NCBI GenBank assembly: GCA_030704615.1
Contig: CM060731.1
Coordinates: 86,800,001 to 86,864,000, forward strand
Reading direction: 5' to 3'
DNA length: 64,000 nt
DNA from: Takakia lepidozioides
Lineage: Eukaryota > Plantae > Bryophyta
Part shown: positions 49,487 through 59,504 of the stretch, in pieces
Layout: each line of letters starts with the position of its first letter
Numbering within the stretch: position 1 is the first letter of the stretch
Notes under the pieces: generated by a model
Database searches by the model: none
Told to the model about the DNA's origin: nothing
Seen by the model: only the letters and a program-made list of their open reading frames with translations
Position numbers and translations under genes: made by a program

Positions 49487-52400
49487 ATGCCGCCTGAAGG
49501 GCGTGGCTCTCCTGAGAGAGACCTCAGATCCAGACCGCGGCGGAAGTTGAAAGCTCTGTACTACGGACGACGGCCAATCTCTCGCATGGCCAAACTGAAG
49601 CTCCAGCAGGAGATTCCAGTGTCTTGCTCACAACCTGCGCCAACTGAAGCCGAGTACTCTCAGGCAAGCCACTTCTGCTTTCGGTTTGTTCGATTTCTTT
49701 TTTGCTTTCGCTTCGTTACCTCGCTTTGTTTCTGCATCTTCATCCTGGCTTTGCTTTATGAGTGAACTTTAGATAGTTGACTGAACCTTAGATTGTTTGC
49801 AATGCGTGTGCAAATCCGGCAGCTCTGGAGAAGGCTGCTTGTGCATGTCATTCTTAGGCAATGGTTGCATTTGTTTTCATTGTTGTTGCATGGCTCTCCA
49901 TACTTCCTAAACTTGTTATGTTTTCATTTTTGCTACATGATTGCTGCTATGGTGGTTGCGCTGCTGCTTTTTGCACCACTGTTGGTGTTCACGATTTTTG
50001 TCAATCACAGAGTGACGACGAGCCCGGCACGCTGGTGGTATCATCGACAGCTCCAACTCATCGCATGTTTGAATCGCCCAACTTGGGGCGAGAGGGCAAA
50101 CTTAAATCTTTTGTTGGTGGACGGGAGGACTTGCAACGAGATTACGATAGAGTAGGCATTGGGGAGGTTGGTGCAGGCGGCATGGCAGGTGAAGGGCGTG
50201 AGGACATGAGGACAGCAGATCCGGCAATGGAGGTTGTTCATGCACATGCAGTAGGGCCCGCCCACGCAAAGAAAAAGAAGAAAAGCTAAGCACATGCAAT
50301 CCCCGGCGAGAGAGCAGTCACGGGCTGCGGAGGGGGGAGTGAGCAGTGCGCGCGAGGGTGTCAGTTCGCCTCAATCAAAGGTGGTCGTCCTGGAGGGCTC
50401 CCCTGTTGCTAGCCCTAGTAAGAAACAGAAAGCCCGTGAGAGGGCAAAAGAGAGGGCAAAAGAACAGACGAGACAGAATGCTAGCAAGGAGGAAAGACAA
50501 AAGGCAGCTGAAGAGGCCCGGGGTGCCCAAATGACAGATGCCAATGTAAGCGAGGGACACACAGAGACGGTGGATCCCTACAAGACACCACAGAGAGGCA
50601 GTAGCACACCGGTTAGACCATCGCGGGCAAGTGCAGCCCCGCAATTACCCATACGGTGGAGAGTGGAGGAGAGGAAAGAACACCTGAAAGAGCACCGATT
50701 GTGCAAGTTCGAGGTGAAGCCAGGGAGAGGGCAGTAGAGACGACGAGAGTGCTGGAGGTGGTTTCGCAGGTGGCTGACCCTGTTGAGGAGGACGACATGG
50801 ATGTTTCTGACCAGGATGACATTCTCCCGGACATCCCCAGGCCCCAAACCCGGAGCATACAGGCTGGATTTGGCGGTCTTGGTGGGCTGCCGGAAAACCC
50901 CTCTGCAGCAGACGTCATGTCTGAGGCGGATATGAAGTTGGCCGCTGCCAAGATGTTGGAGGCAACCCACAGCAACATTGGCAGGGTGCTGGGGGGCATG
51001 GTGTACCCGGCCAAGCTTCGAATTCCCCTTTGCCGCTTGGTGTCATTGCAGGTGGTGAGACCTGCCCTCCCAGGCGATATCGACAAGCTGAAATTCTCTT
51101 TCCGGGATGGATATCGAATGGGGTCTGCCGCCTTTTACGTTTCCATTGAGAACGACCACGGAGCTTCCCGTGCCCACACTTCCGATGAGGTGGACAAATG
51201 GGGTCCCCATTGGCAAACGCGAAATGAGGAGTTCGAGAGATCGATTGCTAGTGATCCTCTTTTCCAGCACATGTCCGGTAAGATGTTCTACGTGTGGGAC
51301 GGCAATCATCGCCTCCTGGCATGGATGGAGCACATTGCCCAAGCCCACCCCAACGATCTCGATTGGCATTTCGCCGTCGATTGTGTTGTGCTGAAGGTTG
51401 CGGGGCCCAAAGATCGCAGTCTTCTCAAAGCTGCAATGGCCGACATCAACTCGTAAGCTACAACCCCTCTCGCTTTTGGACTTTGAATTTGGAAGTCATT
51501 TCATTGCGAATCCTCATATATGATGAAAATTCCCATTTCAGTATTGTTTGATGGAAATGTGGCACTGCAGGGTGACTGAGAATGCCTTCATTGCCACCAA
51601 CTTGTCCCATATGCTCTTCCGAGTGAAGGATGTCGGGAGGCAGGGGGTGGAAGAGTTTGCCAATTCCCTCAGTGCCGACCTCCTGCGCAAGTCGGAGGCA
51701 AAGGCAGACAGAACCTGGTATAGGCTGAGCGTCGACGCCATGGTGGACTACATATTTCGGGTAAAGCTCCTGCAGTTTTGTTGAGCTAATTTGTCTCTCC
51801 TCCCCCAATAGAAGAAATTGTGTTGAGCAGGATCTCTAATCTTATGTGCTGCTTTTCGACAGACGAAAATACAGCAGGATTTGGCACATGCGCGGAGGTT
51901 CTACATGGAGTCAGAGGAGAAGAATCCAACCCTCCCGGAACTCGAATCGTATGTCAAAGCTGCGGAGGTGAGGGCCCGCATAAAGTACAAGTCGCGGATG
52001 GTAAAGTACGTGGCCATAGCTGATCCCGCCCTTGGTGCCGACTTTCTGGTGGAGGTGGGAAAGCACTACTCTCGCGCTCTGAAGCCCACGATGACATTGG
52101 AGAAGCTCCATCGTCTAGCCACATCCTGTGTGGATGCAACAGAAAAGGTGATACATTCTTAACCAAATTGTGGTGGCAACAACTCCTTTTTGTGGTGTTT
52201 GGCGCTTACGAATATGCTGGGTGGTTGGACAGACCCGGTGGCTCCAAATCTGGAATGGTTCCCAAAGTACCAGGGACATGTGGAGCTTCCCCAAACCGGA
52301 CAAACTCTCTGACCCCACATTCGACATGTGGATGAACCGCATGACATGGTGGTTTCAGGTACTTCCCCACGCTTCGTTTGGGGCTTGTACTCTAGTAGGG

Positions 52401-55400
52401 GGTTGATTCATTGTATTTTTTGAGGAAAGCGATCTGATGGACAATCTCCACAGGTGACGACGAATGCGCAAGAGCAGCTGGACACACAAGCACATCAGTT
52501 CAAGATGGAGATATCTCCTGCAGCAGAGAGCCTGCGTGACTATGTGACGAGGTACTTTCTGCTCTACAAAACCAACCTATTCTTTCGGGAGATAGCAGAT
52601 GCTCGCCGGAGCCACGAGTTCACCGACCAGCCGAACGCGGACAAAGCAGCAATGCGCCTTCTGTACAGGTACATACGCGCTGCCTTTCTTTCAAGTCCTG
52701 GCATTTCAGGATGTTAGAGGCCTAAGTGGTGTTAGGGAAAATGGCGCCGAATTTCCAGTCAGGGCTCCGAAAATGGCAAGTCCCTAGACTGGCTGGCCCG
52801 GAACTGGAAATTCGGCGCCATTTTCCAGTTCCAGGCCCTATTGCCGTTCAGGGACTTAGCCATTTTCGGGCTAAGTCCCTAGTGTGGCTGGCCCGGAACT
52901 GGAAATTCGGCGCCGTTTTCCAGTTCTAGGCCCTATTGCCGTCCAGGGACTTAGCCATTTTCGGGCTAAGTCCCTAGACTGGCTGGCCATGAAGTGGAAA
53001 TTCGGCGCCATATTCCAGTTCCAGGCCCTATTGCCGTCCAGGGACTTAGCCATTTTCGGTCTAAGTCCCTAGGGTGGCTGGCCCGGAACTGGAAATTCGG
53101 CGCCGTATTCCAGTTCTAGGCCCTATTGCCGTCCAGGGACTTAGCCATTTTCCGGCTAAGTCCCTAGACTGGCTGGCCCTGAAGTGGAAATTCGGCGCCA
53201 TATTCCAGTTCCAGGCCCTATTGCCGTCCAGGGACTTAGCCATTTTCGGTCTAAGTCCCTAGGGTGGCTGGCCCGGAACTGGAAATTCGGCGCCGTATTC
53301 CAGTTCTAGGCCCTATTGCCGTCCAGGGACTTAGCCATTTTTTGTGTAAGTCCCTAGGGTGGCTGGCCCGGAAGTGGAAATTCGGCGCCGTTTTCCAGTT
53401 CCAGGCCGTATTGCCGTCCAGGGACTTAGCCATTTCGGGCTAAGTCCCTACACTGGGTGGCCCTGAAGTGGAAATTCGGCGCCATATTCCAGTTGTAGGC
53501 CCTATTGCCGTTCAGGGAGTTAGCCATTTTCGGACCTCATTGGGTTTTTCATGAATGCAGGTACTGTAAGTTCTCGCTTTTGGAGAAAGGTCATCTGTCT
53601 TTCGAGCCACCATTCTTCCTGGCATGGAGGAACCCTGGGGCTGACTCCATGTACACTGACGATATTGTGAAGGAGTGGCATCTGGAACATTTGCGTGATT
53701 GCCCTTGGTATGTGGACCTTCCGCCCGGCTCGCTCGACCCATCCGAGTTTCAATTGAAGCTGGATGCTGAATTCCGACGAAACCGGGCTCCGCTGCCTCC
53801 GTTGGGTGCAAAAGAGGCAAAAGCGCTTGCGAACTCCAGGAAAGCGGCAGAGCTTGCTCAGGCAGGAATTCAAGAGAAATTGCATGAGAAGAGTAAAGGT
53901 CAAAGGAAAAGGACAAGGAAACAGGTGACTGCAGTAACACCCAAAAAGAAGAAAACCATCGGGGCATCGGAGGAGGCGCAGGAGGGGACCCAAGAGAGTG
54001 ACTCCGACGCCGATTTTGTTCAAGGTCCTGCGACTGCTGTTGCTCCTACCCAGTCACCGGTCGTCCGGGTTCCCAAGTCAGTTCGGAGTGGGACTGGCTC
54101 TGCCAAGAAGTTGGCATTTGAGGGCGAGCCTACACGGCGGTATTCGGCGGTGACGTTTACGCACAGGCCAAAGCTAGAACCTCCAACCATCATCCAATGC
54201 GTCAATGAGAGCTTCCTTGACGCTCTCGCTGCCAGGGCGAAGAAGGTGGCACACAACAAGTCTCTGGCGGAGCAGAAGGGAAAAGCCAAGAAGAGGGCTG
54301 CCGGTACAGAGCCTAAAGACACCCCTGGTTTTGAAGCCATGATGGAATTCTTCACGGCTGTGAGCACGAATTGCAAGAGCACTCGGGGGGGGGTTGAGGT
54401 GGAGAGAGCTTGCGACATGATTCTCCTCGACATTCCAGATGGGGAGCTGCTGGAGGGCCTGGATGGTGTGCCCACCTGGAACAGGTTTACTGAGGACTAC
54501 TGGAAAGCCGGGTTTGGGCTGGCGGGGATGCTTCTGGATGACGGTGGATGTGTGGTTGTCCTTGCCACGAGAGGGAAGACCACAGAGAATGCGGTGGCAA
54601 GGTGGACACCGAAAAGTGTCACCCCGGTCCTCCTCAGAAAATGGTTCTGCATCAGTACGCAGGGGTTGCGAACAGAGGGCCAAAGTGTAAGTTATCAATC
54701 TATTGCATTCACTTCATATTGTGGTGTATGTTAAGTAGACCCTGGAATTGATCCCTTCTTTGTTGGATGTGCAGACATTGGTGTTTGAGGCATATTGCTT
54801 TGTGAAGAGAGGGTCTACGTTCAAATTCCGCAACGACGGTCGTCTTGTTGAATGCCGCTGTGGACCCTGTAACCTACGATGTCCTCTACAACTATGTGCC
54901 CCACTCTAGTATGCCGAAGGACACAAAGACAGGCAAACCGTGGCGGTACAGCCGGACCCGAAGCCCTGCTTTCATCCAAACCCTCATGGAGACGTGCTCG
55001 GATGTCCAAGGGCGGATTCTGGACCTCACATGCGGCACGGGTAAGCCTTCACGTGCTCAGTTTGTCCCCTGGCCCCATTGCAATTGCATGCCGCAAGCTA
55101 TTAACCGCCCGCTTTGTTCCTCAGGTGCTTCAATGTGGGCAGGGACGTTGTCCGACAGGCATGTGTTCGCCTTCGAGCCAGATACTGCCCTCCACAACTC
55201 GGAACTTGCAGCGGCTGAACGTCTGCCGAAAGAGGAAGAGGCATCCTCGGAGGATGAGGAAAAATCCGAGAAGGAGCAGGGGGAGGAAGTTGGGATCGAG
55301 GCCGAGGAGCCCCCGGTTTACGAGTGAGTGGTGGCATTGTAAGTTGCCTCCAGATTTTGTGAGGCACCTCCCTCCGCTCTCTTATTTCATTGAAAACCCT

Positions 55401-55910
55401 TTCTGGTTGTGCTGGTATTGACATTCTTCAAGTGGATTTGTTCTTACTGTAGGATGCCAAGTACTGCCGGAGGGACGTCTACACCGGAGTTCATGGGCAG
55501 GAGGAACGTGCCTTTTTTTGCCAGGGGATTTCATGCCTAGTCCAGAAAGGGAGTACATCCTGCCTACTTATGCTGCCCGGCTTGCTTCGGTGTCCATTAG
55601 GAGGTGTTCCGAACGTAGTCGTGTACAGCAGATTTTAGACGAGGCAAGCCTCAAGAAAATGAAGATGAGGGAGGAGGCAGCAGCTATTAGAGCCCGTCGG
55701 GCTCGTAGATTTGTGTTGGATTCTGCTGAGGAAAGTGGGGGAGAAGACGCAGAAGATTCCCAGGAGGTGAGGTGGACAGTCCCCCAAGGAGAGGACGGGA
55801 TTTTTGAGAGGCATAGTGGAACTGATGCATCACAGAGCTCGGAGGATGAGGGGGATGAGGGGGATGAGGAAGAAGGTGGGGCAAGTTCCTCGGAGGGTGT
55901 AGGAGAGTAG
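49487..55910 (+). CDS. ParB/Srx-like plus beta-class DNA amino-methyltransferase-like fusion protein (~1490 aa, 10 predicted exons)
   Basis: Predicted exons: 49487-49663 (GC donor), 50011-51452, 51571-51760, 51863-52147, 52233-52358, 52454-52668, 53561-54686, 54775-55040, 55125-55323, 55453-55910. Motifs FYVWDGNHRLLAW, DMILLDIPD and RILDLTCGTGASMWAG...RHVFAFEPD. About 4 apparent small frameshifts. Homologous to the copy A gene. Confidence 0.8.
52735..53535. repeat. Intronic tandem array, 95-bp unit x ~8, with GGAAATTCGGCGCC site and GGGACTTAGC-N9-GCTAAGTCCC inverted repeat
   Basis: Units at 52806, 52901, 52996, 53091, 53186, 53281, 53376 and 53470, inside intron 52669-53560. Confidence 0.95.
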
Positions 55911-56093
55911 TGCCCATTCCGGCTATGACAGTTAGAACACACTTGTATAGACGTGGCTTGCCACAAAATTTGCAATAAAATGTTGCATTTTAAGTCCATT
56001 GGTGCCACATTCCAACTTCACATGACCCTATTTCCGTGCCTCCTAACCCTATTTCCGTGGACTCACAATGGTCTGCTCATGCTTTTTTTTTTT

Positions 56094-56131
56094 CCGCTCA
56101 TGCTCATGCCGCTCATGAAATAGCAGCCCCC
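56094..56131 (-). repeat. Right TIR of copy C
   Basis: CCGCTCATGCTCATGCCGCTCATGAAATAGCAGCCCCC followed by the TSD. Confidence 0.9.
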
Positions 56132-58450
56132 CCATTGTTATAACCACCAGACCTACCATAGTGGTCCTGATCATTGTTTCTTCTTGGCTGGGGCTGCACC
56201 TGATGCACCCTTACTTGCCTAGGTTCTCTTGCAGCTGTCCTTCTGTTGTAGTAACAATTCTCAGTAGAATGGTTATCCATTTTACAGATAGTACAGTGTT
56301 TCTCTTTCATGTGACATTCTGTGGTGGTATGGCCTTCATTCTGGCACTTTGCACACCATACACCCTTCCTCCAATGTGTTACAGCCTCTGTGGCATACTT
56401 CTTCAAGATTTCTTCCAATTTTTTTTCATAGTTATCCCTCTTCAACTTCTCATTTCTCTTACTCTTTCTTTTTAGTTCTTGCTCTTCTTCTTCATCTGAC
56501 TCATCCTCAGAGTCCTCATCTTCTTTTTTCTCTCTCCTGAGCATTCCCAATTGCTCAATTCTGTTCGCAGTTTCAAATGCCTCCTCCACTGTATTGTGGG
56601 GGTAACATATCCACTTTCTTTTGCAACTCTGGTCTTAGTCCACTCACAAACCAAGTCTTCTGTAAACCAGGTGCTGGTACTGCAGCCAGCTTTTTCATCA
56701 TCAATTCCATCTTCTCCATATACTCTTCAACAGTTTCATGCTTCTTCTGCTTCAGCTATTGTAAACTTCCATACACTTCATCCTCAGTTTTACTTGTCCT
56801 GAACCTATTTCGAAATGCTGTATTCAAGCCATTCCAGGTTAGGAAATGATTATCAGGAAATCTTGCATACCATTCATTGCTTTCTTGATAAGTGAACAAG
56901 GAAACAGTCTCATCTTGGCATCATCGCCATTCTCATTGTTCACTATACACATGTGCTCAAATTGGCTAATGTGTACATCGGGATCCCCTTTTCTGAATAT
57001 ATTGGAAAGGGTGGTTTTGCCCGTGTTGGTTTAACGCCATCTGTGGCCCTACCTTCTGCCCACTGACAGGTGCTGGCACCCTTGCTGGTGCTGGTCCTTC
57101 TGGACCTGTTGTTTTTGTGGTGGATCTTCCACCAAGTGGTGGCCTTGAGCACTCCTTGCTTCTGGCCCCACGATATTCACAGTATTCCCAGCTTCAGTTG
57201 CACTACTTCCCACACTCCCTGTCCCCCCAGAGCCAGATCCAGGCAGCCCGCCTGATCCCCCTGAGCCGACACCTTCGTTGGCCTGTGATCCAAGTGCTCC
57301 ACTTGATCCAGGTCCAACGGGTTGGGATGTCCTGGTTGTAGTCTCAACCTCAGCTGTTGGGTCTACTTCTTCATATTCTTCCTCTTCTAATTTCTTCTCT
57401 CTGTTTTCATCCTCCAAGTTCTGCCCTTGGGTTTCTTCTTCACTCATGTAACTCAACTGTAATGGTGTTGGAGAGTCTGAACTCCTAGTTGGCTCTGCCA
57501 CATCCTCTTCTCCTTCTTCATTTTTGCTTCAGAAACTGGAGTTCCTGCTTTTGGTGTTCCATGCCAACTCTTATCAAAGATTTCTGTCAAGTCTTTTATC
57601 CAAGGATGTACCTCAGATCTTTCACCTCGTGATTGATCTTCTTCCTGTACCAATTCCCTTAATCTTTCTTGCAAAGAAACAGAAGGAGTGGCATCCAACT
57701 CTAGTTCTTCCGGTATAGGTGATGCACTCTTTGATCTTGATGGTGTGAGAGGTCCAGATGATTCCCCTATGTCTATTCCTCTCTCCCAAAGATATGGATA
57801 ATTAGCTTTCAGATAGCTTTCTCTTTTTGCTGAATATCTCTGTCGTCTAGCTTCTCTTTCATCACTCATGTCCCATGTCTTCATTTCTTTTAATGTGGCA
57901 ATAACCAAAACTCTCTTCTGTAATATCTCTCGTATATGCCTGGGTTTCTTTCAAGCTTCAATGCACCCTTGGCTATACTTGAAGTCTCCGTTACCATATA
58001 ACCATATGGCAAACAAGTCTGAAAAGCTGTTCTTGGTGTGAGTTTGATCCACAAAATATCCTTTGGAATCCAATTCTTTACCAGTACAAGCTCTTCATGC
58101 ATATGAGTATAAAACATTCACCTTTCTTTCTTCCCAGCCTTCAAACTCTACTCGCTTAATGGATAGCAATGCTATCACATAAACCAACGTTGGTAACCAA
58201 CGTGCTCTTCCTCTACAGGCTACCTGATAAATCTTTATCACTCCTTTCTCCAGACCCCATTCCGGATCAGCATCATGCACTCGCTTAAGAATATTTTCTT
58301 TACAACCGTCTGGCAAATCCAAGAACCTTTGAAAGAATTGTTTGGACAATCTTTCTTCCTTCGTTCCACAGGGAATTTGATTCACTTCAAATTCTTTAAT
58401 GGTCCACCCACCATGATCCCACCAGATGCCTGTCACATCTGGTTGTTCAT
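56132..58450 (-). pseudogene. gag 5' part of G2 (CCHC zinc knuckles), frameshifted
   Basis: WCAKCQNEGHTTTEC...CTICKMDNHSTENC. Continues the reading interrupted at 41943. Confidence 0.82.
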
Positions 58451-58458
58451 GACTCAGT

Positions 58459-58476
58459 TCCCCAGTATGGTCGCCA
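58459..58476 (-). promoter_or_regulatory. Primer binding site of gypsy element
   Basis: TGGCGACCATACTGGGGA lies 2 nt inside the LTR's CA end. The TGG start pairs with tRNA CCA. Resembles tRNA-Arg-type PBSs; isoacceptor not verified. Confidence 0.8.
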
Positions 58477-58478
58477 AA

Positions 58479-59504
58479 TGTCGCGCGACTTTTACTCACC
58501 CATCCCTTCGCTATCCGAGGCGGAAGCTCCAAGATAGAAGAGTTGGAAATCTCTAAGTACTCAGCCCGCTCAGAACAATCAGTCATGACCTACAGCTAGT
58601 GTATCATGGGGTGTTTCCTATTTGTTTTCCTTTCCGCATTCATGTAGCTACCTGGCTATTGACAATTAAGTATCAGTTTGCTTCATCAATCTATCGGATT
58701 CTATCAACTCATCCATTCATTCCACAACTTCACTCAGATCTCTCTACACAGTGTGATTGTATCGTATAAGTATCAGATTATGATTTATCAGGTATCAGGC
58801 CGAAGCCATTGTGTCTCTAATCTGCTCTACAATATCACTACAGCTTTGCATATAACAAGCATCTACTAATCATCTCTCCTCCTTCACCGTGCTCTCCATC
58901 TTTGATTCCGTTCTTACTCTCCGCCCGATCCCCTCTCCTGCATGACCAAGAAGTCCTCCCCGTGAAGTGCTTCCAAGAATCCCCCTTCTCAGTCCTTGCT
59001 TCTCCCTTTATCTTCCTACCCGTGGCTCTAACCGTTTCCCTCACTAACCGTCGTCCGTGAACTAACATGTTCCATTTGCAAGTGTTGTTCCCCACAGTCG
59101 TTCCCTGTCCTGCTCTCCGTTCCCTATGGTCGTGGCAGCTGTGTCAAGCTGTGACTGGCTGTGTGAAATTGTGACGGGCTGTGACTGGCTGTGCGACTCT
59201 GTTTGGCTGTGTCGGGCTGTGACTGGGCTGTGTGGCTGTGTCGGCTGTGACGGGCTGTGGTGGCTGTGATGGTTGTGTCGGGCTGTGACGAGCTGTGCTG
59301 ACTGTGTCTGACTGTGTCTGGCTGTGTCGGTTGTGACTGGCTGTGTGGCTGTGTCGGCTGTGACGACTGTGACGGGCTGTGTAACCCCCCTCTACAGTGC
59401 GCTGCTGTCACCCCTAAGGCTCCTGTTGGTCTCAGTCTGTGCAAAAATTAAGGGTACCCTATAGATCCGGTATAAGTGTTTAAGTCCCAGACAGCCCTCT
59501 AACA
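58479..59504 (-). repeat. LTR shared between G2 (as 5' LTR) and G3 (as 3' LTR)
   Basis: TG...CA ends. PBS on the left side and PPT on the right side. Direct repeat of 22512-23492. Confidence 0.92.

Larger units (their letters stand above)
41944..56131 (-). mobile_element. Complete Mutator-like DNA transposon copy C, 14188 bp
   Basis: TIRs GAGGTTTGCTATTTCATGAGC and GCTCATGAAATAGCAGCCCCC. Perfect 9-bp TSD CCATTGTTA at 41935-41943 and 56132-56140. Empty site present in G3 (~63591) and G1 (~32322). Confidence 0.97.
34706..58478 (-). mobile_element. Ty3/gypsy internal region G2 (same family as G1), interrupted in gag by MULE copy C
   Basis: Collinear with G1 from ~25220 onward. The gag sequence resumes at 56132 after the TSD. 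Confidence 0.92.

Noticed and set aside
49487-55910. Bacterial or phage contamination as source of the ParB-MTase gene
   Set aside because: The gene has spliceosomal introns conserved between A and C and lies inside a TSD-flanked element nested in a plant retrotransposon.
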